Shown here: piece by piece, positions 15,167-25,493 of the stretch | Layout of the letters: the number at the start of each line of letters is the position of its first letter | Numbering within the stretch: the stretch's first letter is position 1 | Origin: a virus | Taxonomy: Duplodnaviria; Caudoviricetes | DNA length: 59,661 nt | IMG/VR virus record: IMGVR_UViG_3300030085_003139 | Location: 1-59,661 of that record | Strand: one strand, 5' to 3' | Program-made: the position numbers and the translations under genes | The notes under the pieces: generated by a model | The model's database searches: none | Told to the model about the DNA's origin: nothing | What the model saw: only the letters and a program-made list of their open reading frames with translations

Positions 15167-17596
15167 ATGGGACTAAGGCCAAAGAATCCAGTTGCTTCTT
15201 TTGTAGAACGGGAAAACGACGATCCGCTAATTGAAGAGGCTGGCGTTGATCTGGATATAGAGATGCCGGGCACACGAGTTGCTTCGGACGAACCTGTAGA
15301 TGGCATTGATTTTATTGACGAAGAAGACGGTGGGGTCATTGTAGACTTTGATCCGCAGGCCATGTCTATGGCGGACGGCGGTGATTTTTTTGCCAACTTA
15401 GCGGAAGACATGGATTCTGGTGATTTGGGTGCGATATCCAGTGATTTAATATCTCAGTATGTTTCGGCTAAGGAAAGCCGTGGAGACTGGGAAGAAGAAT
15501 ACGATAAGGGTTTGGATCTGCTTGGTTTTAAGTACGAAGACAGAACGCAGCCTTTTCGCGGCGCTACGGGCGTAACGCATCCTATGTTGGCGGAAGCCGC
15601 CACGCAGTTTCAGGCTCAGGCATTCAATGAGCTCTTACCACCAGAAGGACCTGTGCGCACGCAGATTATGGGGCAGTTAACTCCTGAGAAAGAGGCACAA
15701 TCCAAGCGCGTTAAGGAGTTTATGAACTACTACATAACCAATGTTATGGAAGAATATACCCCTGAAATGGATCAAATGTTGTTTTATCTGCCCTTGGCAG
15801 GCTCAACATTCAAGAAAACATACTTTGATGAGGCAATGGGGCGCGCAGTAAGCAAATTTGTTCCCGCAAAAAACCTTGTCGTCCCGTATGACGCAGCAGA
15901 TTTGGAAACATCTCCCTTTATTGCGCAAGAAATACGCATGCCGTGGAACAATCTACGCAAACTACAGGTCGGAGGTTTCTATGTTGATGTCCCTGTAAGC
16001 CCGTCTCAGGCGCCGATGGACGATACAACCGATACAATTGACGGTATCGACGGAATGTCCGCATCAAACATTGATTATGACGTCACATTGCTGGAATTTC
16101 ACGTGGATTTGGAATTGCCGGGCTATGAAGAGAAGGATGAAGAGGGCGAACCAACAGGAATTATGGTTCCTTACGTCGTTACGATAGCCGAGGACACTGG
16201 TGCGATACTGGCTATACGCAGAAATTTCCGCGAGGACGACGATCAGAAGACAAAAATCCCATATTTTACGCATTATAAGTTTTTGCCGGGCTTCGGGTTC
16301 TATGGTTTAGGGTTAATTCATACAATTGGCGGTCTTTCACGCACCGCGACCGCTGCATTGCGGCAATTGATTGACGCGGGGACACTTTCTAACCTTCCAG
16401 CGGGTTTCAAGGCTCGCGGCCTACGGATCAGGGAAGATGCAGAACCGTTACAACCGGGTGAATTTAGGGATGTAGACAGCCCCGGCGGTGCTATTCGCGA
16501 TAGCTTGATGCCCTTGCCGTTTAAAGGACCTGACGCTACGTTATTTAACCTGTTGGGCTTTGTTGTTCAGGCGGGGCAGCGATTTGCAACAATCACGGAC
16601 ATGAAGGTTGGTGACGGCAACCAACAGGCAGCGGTAGGAACGACGGTTGCTATGCTGGAACAGGGGGCTCGTGTAATGAGCGCTGTTCACAAGCGTCTTC
16701 ACTACGCAATGAAGAACGAGTTTAAGATTCTGGCGCGTGTTATGTCGGAAAGCTTACCGCAAGAATACCCCTTTTCTGTTGCGGGTGGCGATCAGGCGGT
16801 TATGGCCAGCGATTTTGACAATCGTGTTGACATCATACCTGTATCAAATCCAAATATTTTTAGTCAGGCGCAGCGCATTGCTTTGGCGCAGACACAGATG
16901 CAGATGGCGGCTCAGGCGCCAGATCTTCACGATATGTACGAGGCGTACAAACGGATGTATGACGCATTGGGCGTTCGGGATATAGATAAGATCTTAAAAC
17001 CCAAACCAAGTCAGGAGCCACAGCCAAAAGATCCTGCACAAGAAAACATTGATGCTTTGGATCAGATACAGCTTCGAGCTTTTCAGGGGCAAAACCACGA
17101 CGCACATATTATGTCACATCTTGTGTTTGGTGCGTCAGGCATTGTTCAACAACAGCCAATGGTTGCGGTTACTCTTCAGAAGCACGTTATGGATCATGCG
17201 CGCGTGAAATCTCAGGAGATGGCGTTACAGCAGCTTGGCGTGCAGGAAATGACACCAGAGATCCAAGTGCAGTTTGAGCAGTTGGTTGCTCAGAACATTG
17301 CGCAGGAAATGCAGGCAATGAAACAGTTGTCCGCTCAGATCACAGGTGAGCAGGGCGCCCCAGATCCATTAATCGGACTTAAAGAGAAAGAGCTTCAGAT
17401 TAGGCAGCAGCAGGTTCAGGCCAACATTGCTAACGATCAGGCGGAGCTCCAGTTGGATCAGGCTAAAGCACAAGAACGAGCACGCGAATTTGATGAGCGC
17501 ATGGATCAGCAAGAGCGCTTGGCAAATAGAAAATTGCAAGCGAGCGCAGAACGTGAGATAATGCGATTACAGGCACAACAGCAACGGAGACAATGA
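15167..17596 (+). CDS. Portal protein
   Basis: 809 aa after terL; HPMLAEAATQFQAQA, GFYGLGLIH; Gln-rich C-terminal barrel as in P22-like portals. Confidence 0.88.
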   Translation: MGLRPKNPVASFVERENDDPLIEEAGVDLDIEMPGTRVASDEPVDGIDFIDEEDGGVIVDFDPQAMSMADGGDFFANLAEDMDSGDLGAISSDLISQYVSAKESRGDWEEEYDKGLDLLGFKYEDRTQPFRGATGVTHPMLAEAATQFQAQAFNELLPPEGPVRTQIMGQLTPEKEAQSKRVKEFMNYYITNVMEEYTPEMDQMLFYLPLAGSTFKKTYFDEAMGRAVSKFVPAKNLVVPYDAADLETSPFIAQEIRMPWNNLRKLQVGGFYVDVPVSPSQAPMDDTTDTIDGIDGMSASNIDYDVTLLEFHVDLELPGYEEKDEEGEPTGIMVPYVVTIAEDTGAILAIRRNFREDDDQKTKIPYFTHYKFLPGFGFYGLGLIHTIGGLSRTATAALRQLIDAGTLSNLPAGFKARGLRIREDAEPLQPGEFRDVDSPGGAIRDSLMPLPFKGPDATLFNLLGFVVQAGQRFATITDMKVGDGNQQAAVGTTVAMLEQGARVMSAVHKRLHYAMKNEFKILARVMSESLPQEYPFSVAGGDQAVMASDFDNRVDIIPVSNPNIFSQAQRIALAQTQMQMAAQAPDLHDMYEAYKRMYDALGVRDIDKILKPKPSQEPQPKDPAQENIDALDQIQLRAFQGQNHDAHIMSHLVFGASGIVQQQPMVAVTLQKHVMDHARVKSQEMALQQLGVQEMTPEIQVQFEQLVAQNIAQEMQAMKQLSAQITGEQGAPDPLIGLKEKELQIRQQQVQANIANDQAELQLDQAKAQERAREFDERMDQQERLANRKLQASAEREIMRLQAQQQRRQ

Positions 17597-17796
17597 TGCG
17601 AGTTAAGATTGTAAGTGGACGCGGCGCCGACGCGCCAAAGCCCGTAACAAAAGCCGAAATAAAAGGTCAGGGTTCCATACCTTATTGCCAGCTTATGGAC
17701 GTAGCGACGCCAAACATAGAAAAGGCAAAAGTTACTTCTGGCACAAAGCGTGGAATGGGTGCGGCTTTACGCGGCAAAAAGTTCACAAACGCCTAA
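17593..17796 (+). CDS. Small basic protein
   Basis: RGMGAALRGKKF; overlaps the portal stop. Confidence 0.65.
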   Translation: MMRVKIVSGRGADAPKPVTKAEIKGQGSIPYCQLMDVATPNIEKAKVTSGTKRGMGAALRGKKFTNA

Positions 17797-17801
17797 GTTA
17801 A

Positions 17802-18212
17802 ATGTCTGATAAGCTACCAAAGGTAAGTATCGCTGTAGTCGGGGTTGTAATAGCCCAGATCGGTGGCTTTATATGGTGGACGGCACAGCAAGCTAGTACA
17901 ATACAAAATCTTGAAGAAACGGTGAACGTTTTGACGGTAGAAAACAATGCTACCGACAGGACAAATCTCATTAGAGATGTGGAACATAACGCAGAGCAAA
18001 TTGAAGATCTCATTGATTATATTGTTGAACTTGAAGAAGAAGGCGAGGAAACTTTAGAGGACGTAATGTCAGAATTTGATGACGTATACGAAACCCAAGA
18101 GGGCTTCCTACTGCAATTTAACCAGATCGTAAAATTACAAGCTAGAGTTAAAACGCTTGAAAATACTTTAGAATATTTAACACGAAGCCCCGCACTTTCA
18201 GATGGAAGATAG
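17802..18212 (+). CDS. Membrane-anchored coiled-coil protein
   Basis: N-terminal hydrophobic helix followed by heptads. Confidence 0.65.
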   Translation: MSDKLPKVSIAVVGVVIAQIGGFIWWTAQQASTIQNLEETVNVLTVENNATDRTNLIRDVEHNAEQIEDLIDYIVELEEEGEETLEDVMSEFDDVYETQEGFLLQFNQIVKLQARVKTLENTLEYLTRSPALSDGR

Positions 18213-18214
18213 AA

Positions 18215-18670
18215 ATGGATCCGTTAACAATATTGGCAGGGCTGAAAACGGGGCTTGCCGCAGGTAAAACCGTTGCGAGTTTATCCAAGGAAATAGGTAA
18301 TTTTTTTGACGCTACAGATGCAGCCAAGAAAAAACTGCAAAAGAAAGGTGTGGGCAGCTCAGACGTAAATAGTGTTGCGCTAGACCGTTGGGCGAAAGAA
18401 CGTGAAGCGGCACAGGCTGAAGAAGAGCTCCGCGAGTGGGTGACAAACAATTTGGGTTTGAGCCAGTGGCAAGCGTTGCTACGCATAAGAAAAGAAGTGT
18501 TGCAGGAAAAGCGCGAGATGGAGGCTAGGCTGCGCCGTGAAGCTATAGAACGTCAAGAACTAATGATTACAGTAGCAGGAATTTTTGTGTTGCTCTTATT
18601 TTCTGCGGTAGGTTCTGCGTTGTACTTGGATTATATGGGATGGCTCGACATAAGGGATTACTTTAGATGA
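18215..18670 (+). CDS. Hypothetical membrane protein
   Basis: MDPLTILA N-terminus, C-terminal TM segment. Confidence 0.7.
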   Translation: MDPLTILAGLKTGLAAGKTVASLSKEIGNFFDATDAAKKKLQKKGVGSSDVNSVALDRWAKEREAAQAEEELREWVTNNLGLSQWQALLRIRKEVLQEKREMEARLRREAIERQELMITVAGIFVLLLFSAVGSALYLDYMGWLDIRDYFR

Positions 18671-18840
18671 TTTATGTTTTAGTATTCTTACATTTCATTA
18701 GCACAGATCGCCTACAATACTATCAGATAGGCACATATTCGGATAAAGAGGAATGTCTAGCTCAAGCGGAAAAGGCTCAGATAATGGTGACACACAACAG
18801 TATGAAGGTGACTTGCCTAGAAGTGAACAGCCAACAATAG
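18667..18840 (+). CDS. Small hypothetical protein (57 aa, not in ORF track)
   Basis: ATGA overlap; MIYVLVFLHF...C...C. Confidence 0.55.
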   Translation: MIYVLVFLHFISTDRLQYYQIGTYSDKEECLAQAEKAQIMVTHNSMKVTCLEVNSQQ

Positions 18841-18924
18841 TGGAGCATGGCAAAAAGTTTGCAGCTTATGATAAGAATGGTAAATTAATTATACTGGGTT
18901 ATAATAGACGAATAATACAGGAGT

Positions 18925-19236
18925 ATGCAGATGCCCAAAGCAAAATACGATTTGAACGACAACGGAAAGATTGATCCAGACGAACGCGATATTATGCTTG
19001 AAGATCGTCGCCGTATGATGGAGGACGCAGACGCAAAGCGTGATGCTCAGTTACGCATGACATGGTTTGCTCTAAGCGGTATGGTTTTGTACCCTTTTGC
19101 CATTGTGCTTGCTTCTTGGATGGGACTGGAACAAGCGTCTAACCTGCTTGCAGATATAGCTGCGGTATACGTGGTTGCTGTGTCGGGTGTAACGGCGGCA
19201 TATTTTGGGTTTACCAATATGGGGGCTAACAAATGA
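18925..19236 (+). CDS. Two-TM holin/antiholin-like protein with an EF-hand-like loop
   Basis: DLNDNGKIDPDE followed by two TM helices; in the lysis cassette. Confidence 0.6.
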   Translation: MQMPKAKYDLNDNGKIDPDERDIMLEDRRRMMEDADAKRDAQLRMTWFALSGMVLYPFAIVLASWMGLEQASNLLADIAAVYVVAVSGVTAAYFGFTNMGANK

Positions 19237-19616
19237 TAGGACAGTTATTAGGACCTGTAGCAGGTTTAGCTAGTAGTTGGCTTGATGCAAAGACTACAAA
19301 GCAAGCCGCAGAAGCAAAGCTTAAACTTACTGAGGCGGAAGCAAAAGCAAAGATTTTGTTGTCAGAAAAAACAAGCGTTGCTGATTGGGAACGCATTATG
19401 GCAGAGAACAGCGGTTCGAGCTGGAAAGACGAATTTTTCGTTATTGTGTTGTCAATTCCGCTTGTGCTTGCATTTATACCGGGCGCAGAAGGTATTGTAG
19501 ATAGGGGCTTTGAGCAGCTCCATAAGGCGCCAGACTGGTATTTTTACAGTTTAGGAATTGCAATTTCGGCCTCTTTCGGTGTGAAAGGGTACAAACAATT
19601 CGTTAGGAGAAAATAA
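19233..19616 (+). CDS. Putative holin (3TM, GTA-holin-like)
   Basis: SWKDEF...PDWY...ASFG; directly upstream of the endolysin. Confidence 0.65.
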   Translation: MIGQLLGPVAGLASSWLDAKTTKQAAEAKLKLTEAEAKAKILLSEKTSVADWERIMAENSGSSWKDEFFVIVLSIPLVLAFIPGAEGIVDRGFEQLHKAPDWYFYSLGIAISASFGVKGYKQFVRRK

Positions 19617-20089
19617 TGAGTTTTAAATTAAGCAGAAGAAGCCTTGATAGGCTTGAGGGAATTGATGACGGGCTCCAAGCCGTTGTCAAAATGGCAATAA
19701 CGCTAACTAAAACAGACTTTGGCGTTGTGCAGGGCATGCGAACCATTGAACAACAAAAAGAGCTCGTAGCGTCAGGAGCAAGTCAAACTATGAAGTCGAA
19801 GCACCTTGAAGGTAAAGCTTTTGACATCATGGCCTTTGTGAACGGACGGGCAAGTTGGGAACTTAATTTGTACGATGATTTAGCCGACGCAATTAAGGAA
19901 GCGGCGATTAATCTGAATGTCCCTGTTTGTTGGGGCGCTGCATGGGGCACACCAGAAATGCCGTATCCTATGGATATTCGTAAGTGGGAAGGCACAATGG
20001 AAGAAGCCATGAATGCTTATGTTGATTTGCGCAGGTCTCAAGGTCGGCGCCCATTTATAGACGGGCCTCATTTTGAATTAATTGATTAA
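19616..20089 (+). CDS. Endolysin, peptidase M15 (L-Ala-D-Glu peptidase-like)
   Basis: G.RT.EQQ, SKHLEGKAFD, DGPHFEL. Confidence 0.88.
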   Translation: MSFKLSRRSLDRLEGIDDGLQAVVKMAITLTKTDFGVVQGMRTIEQQKELVASGASQTMKSKHLEGKAFDIMAFVNGRASWELNLYDDLADAIKEAAINLNVPVCWGAAWGTPEMPYPMDIRKWEGTMEEAMNAYVDLRRSQGRRPFIDGPHFELID

Positions 20090-20157
20090 AAAATGGGTGG
20101 CGTCTAAGTATAAGACATGTTACATAATAATCGAATGTTATAAGATAGCGAGGTAGC

Positions 20158-20355
20158 ATGGACGACTTAGACGTCGTACAATTTGTTCAACGGTCTGTGA
20201 AAGAGCGTAAAACAATGGTGCTAGATGTTTTAGAAAACAATGGCATTCAATCAATGGAGCATTACCAGCGATGCATGGGCGAGCTGGACGCTTTAAACTT
20301 TATATCTCAGGAACTCGCGAGCCTGCTAGAAAAACAGGAGCATAACAATGACTGA
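20158..20355 (+). CDS. Hypothetical protein
   Basis: GAGG RBS; first gene of the capsid operon. Confidence 0.7.
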   Translation: MDDLDVVQFVQRSVKERKTMVLDVLENNGIQSMEHYQRCMGELDALNFISQELASLLEKQEHNND

Positions 20356-20794
20356 AGCAGTCAAATCGGTCGATTTAGAAGCCGCAAAAGCTGGAGTATC
20401 CAGCATGTACGTTGAACCACAAGAGAGGGTTCTTGACCCCTCTAAAGTGGATAAATCTCTCTTAGAAAGGATGCCTGAACCCACGGGTTGGAGAATGTTA
20501 ATTCTTCCCTATCGTGGCAAGGGCAAGACGCAGGGTGGCGTGTTTTTGCCAGATAGTGTTGTTGATGACGGTCAGATTACGACGGTTGTTGGATACGTTA
20601 TGAAGCAAGGCGAACTTTGCTACAAGGATCAGGAAAAATTCCCTAATGGCGCTTGGTGTAAGCAAGGCGACTGGGTAATTTTTGCTCGATATTCAGGGTC
20701 TCGATTTAAAATAGAAGGCGGAGAAGTCCGTATTCTGAACGATGACGAAATATTAGCCGTCATTAGTGATCCCGATGATATTTTAAGCCTCTAG
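20348..20794 (+). CDS. groES: GroES-like co-chaperonin
   Basis: PTGWRMLILP...TQGGVFLPD...GDWVIFARYSGSRFKIEGGEVRILNDDEILAVI. Confidence 0.85.
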   Translation: MTEAVKSVDLEAAKAGVSSMYVEPQERVLDPSKVDKSLLERMPEPTGWRMLILPYRGKGKTQGGVFLPDSVVDDGQITTVVGYVMKQGELCYKDQEKFPNGAWCKQGDWVIFARYSGSRFKIEGGEVRILNDDEILAVISDPDDILSL

Positions 20795-20803
20795 GAGAAA
20801 AAA

Positions 20804-21697
20804 ATGGAAGCAGTTGAGGAACAAAAAACAACTTTTGAACCATCTAAGGATGAAATTGAAATTGATACGACGGAAGCTCAGGAAACAGAAGTAGAGCTCG
20901 GTAAAGAAGCAGACGATAAAGAAGCTGCTGTAGAAGTTGAAGATTCAAATGAGCAAGAGCAACAGGTTAGCAGCGCTCAAAAAAGAATAAATCAACTTAC
21001 AAAGAAAATGCGAGATGCAGAGAAGCGCGAAAAAGAAGCTATTCGATATGCGCAACAAGTGCAGACGCAGGCAAAAGCTTTGGAAGAAAAGGTACAATCT
21101 TTAGACAAAGGCTATATGGAGCAATATGGCAAGAGTCTGGAAATTGAAACAGCTCAGGCAAAAGCAAACTTAAAGCATGCTATTGATATTGGAGATAGCG
21201 ATGCGATTGTTGCCGCACAAGAGCAGTTGTCTAATCTTGGTGCTAGAAATGTGCAATACTCTCAAGCACAGCAGCGTCAGGAAACTGTGCAGGAAAGAGC
21301 GCAAGAAAATGGGGCTCAAGCACAGCCAGCACAACAAGCACAGCCAACAGAAATCAAACGGCCAGATCCAAAAGCAGAGGACTGGGCAGCAAAAAATGTT
21401 TGGTTTGGTAAAGACGAAGTTATGACTTTTGCTGCTTTTGGGATACATAAAAAACTTATTGAAGAAGAAGGGTTTGACCCTGAGAGCGATGAGTATTATA
21501 ATGAACTTGATCGGAGACTTGTTTCAGAGTTTCCGAAAAAGCTCGGTTCTAGCAAACGTGCCGCTCAAACGGTTGCTGGAGTTAGCCGCCAAACATCTGG
21601 GCGCAGTAAAAGGGTCAAACTCACCCCGACCCAAGTTGCAATAGCTAAAAAGCTGGGTGTGCCGCTAGAAGAATATGCGAAATATGTGAAGGAGTAA
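20804..21697 (+). CDS. Putative capsid scaffolding protein
   Basis: Acidic coiled coil with C-terminal helix-turn-helix IAKKLGVPLEEYAK, upstream of the capsid genes. Confidence 0.65.
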   Translation: MEAVEEQKTTFEPSKDEIEIDTTEAQETEVELGKEADDKEAAVEVEDSNEQEQQVSSAQKRINQLTKKMRDAEKREKEAIRYAQQVQTQAKALEEKVQSLDKGYMEQYGKSLEIETAQAKANLKHAIDIGDSDAIVAAQEQLSNLGARNVQYSQAQQRQETVQERAQENGAQAQPAQQAQPTEIKRPDPKAEDWAAKNVWFGKDEVMTFAAFGIHKKLIEEEGFDPESDEYYNELDRRLVSEFPKKLGSSKRAAQTVAGVSRQTSGRSKRVKLTPTQVAIAKKLGVPLEEYAKYVKE

Positions 21698-21701
21698 GAA
21701 A

Positions 21702-22184
21702 ATGTCGAATACAAAAGATCGTTATGAAGGCATAGATCGTGCCCCTCGCGAAAACAAAACACGGGAGAAAACGGCGCAACGGCGTCCGTGGGCTCCCCCG
21801 TCCATGCTAGATGCTCCGCCTGCACCCGAAGGGTTCAAGCATCGCTGGATTCGTGCTGAAGTGCGTGGTCACGATGATCGCAAAAACATCTCAGCTCGAT
21901 TACGAGAAGGATGGGAACTTGTCCGTAGTGATGAATACCCTGACTTTGAGGCACCAGTGGTGGATACAGGTAAATATGAAGGAGTGTTTGGGGTTGGTGG
22001 ACTAGTTCTGGCAAGGATGCCTATTGAAACGGTTTTAGAACGAGAACATTATTTCTCGCAGCGAAATGCAGACCAAATGGAAGCCGTAGATTCAGACATG
22101 CTTCGTGAGAACGCACATTCAACTATGAGGATCGGCAACGCTGATCGTCAATCTCGTGTAACCTTCGGTGGCCCGCGTAAATAA
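21702..22184 (+). CDS. Conserved head-module protein
   Basis: PEGFKHRWIR...REGWELV; position in the head module. Confidence 0.65.
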   Translation: MSNTKDRYEGIDRAPRENKTREKTAQRRPWAPPSMLDAPPAPEGFKHRWIRAEVRGHDDRKNISARLREGWELVRSDEYPDFEAPVVDTGKYEGVFGVGGLVLARMPIETVLEREHYFSQRNADQMEAVDSDMLRENAHSTMRIGNADRQSRVTFGGPRK

Positions 22185-22217
22185 CGTGGTGTCCCCATTT
22201 AAAACGGAGAAAATCCT

Positions 22218-22868
22218 ATGGCAAACCAAGAAACTGCCTTTGGTCTTCGTCCCGTTGGGTTGGTCGGTAGTGCAACTAATAGCACCGGCCTTACCACCTA
22301 TGAGATAGATGCTACTAATGCAAACGCTATCTTCCAGTATGGACTTGTAACTCCAACAGCAGGCGGAGTTATAGATCGAGCTGGCGCAACAAGTGGCGGT
22401 ACAACCGCTGCGGTAGGTGTCCTAATGGGTGTGAAGTACCATGATAGCACGCAGAAAAAACCAGTTTTCTTAAACTATTGGCCGGGTGCGGGTTCAGTGT
22501 CTGTTAACACAAACTTTCCCGTTGAGGCGGTTGTCGCAGACAATCCAAATCAACTGTTTGTTGTTGCAGCAGATGCTACACTTACAGACCGCGCTACTGC
22601 TTTAACTGGTGTTTTTGCAAACGCGTCACTGGGCACGTCCGCACGTACAGGTTCAACTGATACAGGGCGTTCCAATTCTGAACTCAGTGTGTCTTCAATC
22701 GCAACTACAGCAACTTTACCTTTACGTATAGTTGGCTTGGTTGACGATGATGCAAACAATGATTACGCGTCGGCTGGCGCGCACTTACTCGTTCGTATCA
22801 ATGCACACTACAATGCAGCAACCCGTCGTTTTGATTCGCAGACTACTGCGGATTCAACCGGCACATAA
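22218..22868 (+). CDS. Putative capsid decoration/minor capsid protein
   Basis: MAN...FGLRP, beta-rich, immediately before the MCP. Confidence 0.6.
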   Translation: MANQETAFGLRPVGLVGSATNSTGLTTYEIDATNANAIFQYGLVTPTAGGVIDRAGATSGGTTAAVGVLMGVKYHDSTQKKPVFLNYWPGAGSVSVNTNFPVEAVVADNPNQLFVVAADATLTDRATALTGVFANASLGTSARTGSTDTGRSNSELSVSSIATTATLPLRIVGLVDDDANNDYASAGAHLLVRINAHYNAATRRFDSQTTADSTGT

Positions 22869-22884
22869 GGAAGGGGAATAGATT

Positions 22885-23790
22885 ATGGCTATCTCTCGCG
22901 CACAACTAGCGAAAGAGTTGGAACCCGGCCTTAACGCGCTGTTTGGTTTGGAGTACGACCGTTACGAAAACGAGCATGCAGACATCTTTGACGAAGAGTC
23001 CTCAGACAGGGCTTTTGAAGAAGAGGTGATGCTCGGTGGATTCGGAACGGCTCCAGTTAAAGGTGAAGGCGGAGCAATCTCGTTTGATGATGCACAGGAA
23101 ACATTTACTGCGCGTTATACACACGAAACTATTGCTTTGGCATTCTCAATTACTGAAGAAGCAATTGAAGATAACCTTTATGACCGTTTAGCTGCGCGTT
23201 ATACCAGAGCTCTAGCTCGTTCAATGTCTCAGACAAAACAAATTAAAGCGGCGGCTATTTTGAATAACGCGTTTAGCACAAGTGCTCCAGTTGGAGACGG
23301 TGCTGCACTTTGTTCAACAGCTCACCCAAGTTTGTCTGGCAACCAACGCAACAAGCTTTCGACTGCTGCGGACTTGAATGAAACATCTCTTGAGCAAATG
23401 CTCATTGATATTTCGGGTCTGACAGACGAAAGAGGCTTGAAAATTGCAGTTCGTGGAATGAAATTAATTATTCCAAAAGAACTTCAGTTTATTGCTGAAC
23501 GTGTCTTAAACTCAAATCTGCGTCCGGGAACGGCTGACAATGACGTCAACGCAATGCGCTCAATGGGCATGTTGCCAGACGGAGCGGTTGTCAACCATTT
23601 CTTAACAGACACAGATGCATTCTTTGTGAAAACGGATGCGCCAAACGGTTTTAAACTGTTTCAGCGTACTCCAATTAAAACAGCTATGGAAGGTGACTTT
23701 GACACTGGAAATATGCGTTTTAAAGCACGTGAAAGATACAGCTTTGGCGTATCTGACTGGCGTGCAGTTTTCGGTACAGAAGGCGCATAA
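22885..23790 (+). CDS. Major capsid protein
   Basis: MAISRAQLAKELEPGLNALFG...FKARERYSFGVSDWR; followed by a terminator. Confidence 0.88.
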   Translation: MAISRAQLAKELEPGLNALFGLEYDRYENEHADIFDEESSDRAFEEEVMLGGFGTAPVKGEGGAISFDDAQETFTARYTHETIALAFSITEEAIEDNLYDRLAARYTRALARSMSQTKQIKAAAILNNAFSTSAPVGDGAALCSTAHPSLSGNQRNKLSTAADLNETSLEQMLIDISGLTDERGLKIAVRGMKLIIPKELQFIAERVLNSNLRPGTADNDVNAMRSMGMLPDGAVVNHFLTDTDAFFVKTDAPNGFKLFQRTPIKTAMEGDFDTGNMRFKARERYSFGVSDWRAVFGTEGA

Positions 23791-23842
23791 AGTATGTTAT
23801 ACTAGAGGTATCTTTTTGCAAAAGATTACCTCCCTAATAACT

Positions 23843-23875
23843 AAGGGGTCTTTTCGAAGACCCCTTTCTTTTTTT
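23843..23875 (+). terminator. Intrinsic terminator after the MCP
   Basis: AAGGGGTCTT-TTCG-AAGACCCCTT followed by a T run. Confidence 0.85.
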
Positions 23876-23950
23876 GTTTCCTGTGTTATAGTGAAGTTAT
23901 TCCTGACAGTGACATAAGGTTACTGACAATAGCCCAGACAGGAGATCCAT

Positions 23951-24433
23951 ATGGCTAATACGACATTTAACGGTCCCGTCCGTTCAGAAAACGGTTTTAA
24001 ATCTATCATTAAAAACTCCACTACTGGAGGTCTTACTAATGAGATGACTCTTTCCACCTATACTGCAACCATTACCGTTGCAGCGAGTGGTACAGATCAC
24101 AAAGAAGCTTCTATAGGAATACCCTCAAACTTTATTCCAATGGGTGTTGCCGTGACTGTAACAAGCGCAGCGGCTAATGCTGTTAACCTTGTTGATATTG
24201 GCACAGACGCAGACACAGACGGCTTTGTTGATGGTATATCTGTTGCGATAAACTCTACGGGTTTCAAAGGATTTTTTCCATGCAATGGTGCGTTGGGAAT
24301 GTCAGGTGGTGCAACAACCGCAGCAACCGAAACTCCTGATGAAGTTGAAGTAGTGATTTCTGGCACTGCGGGTGCTGGTGGTGTATTATCTTTGAAGTTC
24401 TTTGGTATTTCATCTGATTCACCAACCGCTTAA
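23951..24433 (+). CDS. Putative virion structural protein
   Basis: MANTTFNGPVRSENGF; Thr/Ala/Gly-rich. Confidence 0.65.
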   Translation: MANTTFNGPVRSENGFKSIIKNSTTGGLTNEMTLSTYTATITVAASGTDHKEASIGIPSNFIPMGVAVTVTSAAANAVNLVDIGTDADTDGFVDGISVAINSTGFKGFFPCNGALGMSGGATTAATETPDEVEVVISGTAGAGGVLSLKFFGISSDSPTA

Positions 24434-24446
24434 TAGGAGGTAACAC

Positions 24447-24908
24447 ATGGCAGATGCAGCTACAGTAGTTATGAAAACTACAGTTCTACCGGACGAGATA
24501 GCTAAAACTATTGAGGCCACTACCACTGTTTCGCCAAAAGATGCGAACGATAAGTGGTATTACAAACTAACGAGTGTTACATCATCAAGCACAGATTTGA
24601 TTGCGGGTTACTTTACTGATTATACCGCAGTAAATGCTAACGTTAACCCAACAGCAATAGCAGCAGCTAATGATAAAGTTGAGTTTCTGTACATAAAAAA
24701 TACGGATTCAGCTAATCATATTTATGTCTGCTTTGATGGCGGCACCGCAGCAGCAACTCTTGCGGACGCTGTAAAGATTAGTCCAAATGAGTCTTTTTTC
24801 GCACGGTTACCAAATACAACCGTAGAAAACATTCATGCAATTGGGCATGATGGTTCAAGCAACGCCGCAGCAACATGTATAGTGGCAGCTTTAATTGACG
24901 ACGTATAG
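24447..24908 (+). CDS. Putative virion structural protein
   Basis: AGGAGG RBS; beta-rich. Confidence 0.6.
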   Translation: MADAATVVMKTTVLPDEIAKTIEATTTVSPKDANDKWYYKLTSVTSSSTDLIAGYFTDYTAVNANVNPTAIAAANDKVEFLYIKNTDSANHIYVCFDGGTAAATLADAVKISPNESFFARLPNTTVENIHAIGHDGSSNAAATCIVAALIDDV

Positions 24909-24922
24909 AAAAGGAAACCTAA

Positions 24923-25195
24923 ATGTCTGATTCTGATGTCAAATCAAAAAGAATTACAGCAACGGGCTCGCTTGCAGTCGGGCCTGCTCGTATTCGGCAG
25001 ATACAGTTGAAGACTGCTTCAGGTACGCCCCGTCTTACCGTCACTGACGGTAGCGGCGGGACAACCGTTCTTGATTTAGACTTTAATGCTTCTGATACTC
25101 ATTCGGTAAACATTCCATCTAACGGCATTCGTGTAAGCGATATTCACGTGTCTACTCTGACAAATATTACAGCGGCCACGTTCTTCTTTAACTAA
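24923..25195 (+). CDS. Putative small virion protein
   Basis: 90-aa beta-rich ORF. Confidence 0.6.
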   Translation: MSDSDVKSKRITATGSLAVGPARIRQIQLKTASGTPRLTVTDGSGGTTVLDLDFNASDTHSVNIPSNGIRVSDIHVSTLTNITAATFFFN

Positions 25196-25205
25196 GGTTA
25201 GTGCA

Positions 25206-25493
25206 ATGGCAGAACGTAAACGTGATAATATGCCAAAACGTAACAAAAAGAATTTTCGCCCCACCAGTAAAGGGGCGGGAATGACAAAGGCGGGTGTAGC
25301 CGCGTATCGGAGAAAGAACCCCGGCTCAAAGCTACAGACTGCTGTTACTGGCAAAGTCAAGCGCGGAAGTAAGGCCGCTAAGAGGCGCAAGTCTTTTTGC
25401 GCCAGATCTGCTGGTCAAATGAAAAAATTTCCAAAAGCTGCAAAAAACCCTAATTCAAGACTACGGCAGGCTCGAAAAAGGTGGAAATGTTGA
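25206..25493 (+). CDS. Highly basic protein (possible DNA-condensing core protein)
   Basis: Lys/Arg-rich, RRKSFCARS...RWKC. Confidence 0.65.
   Translation: MAERKRDNMPKRNKKNFRPTSKGAGMTKAGVAAYRRKNPGSKLQTAVTGKVKRGSKAAKRRKSFCARSAGQMKKFPKAAKNPNSRLRQARKRWKC

Noticed and set aside
16095-16110. Degenerate parS (AATTTCACGTGGATTT) in the portal gene
   Set aside because: Six mismatches to the consensus, and explained by the coding sequence EFHVD
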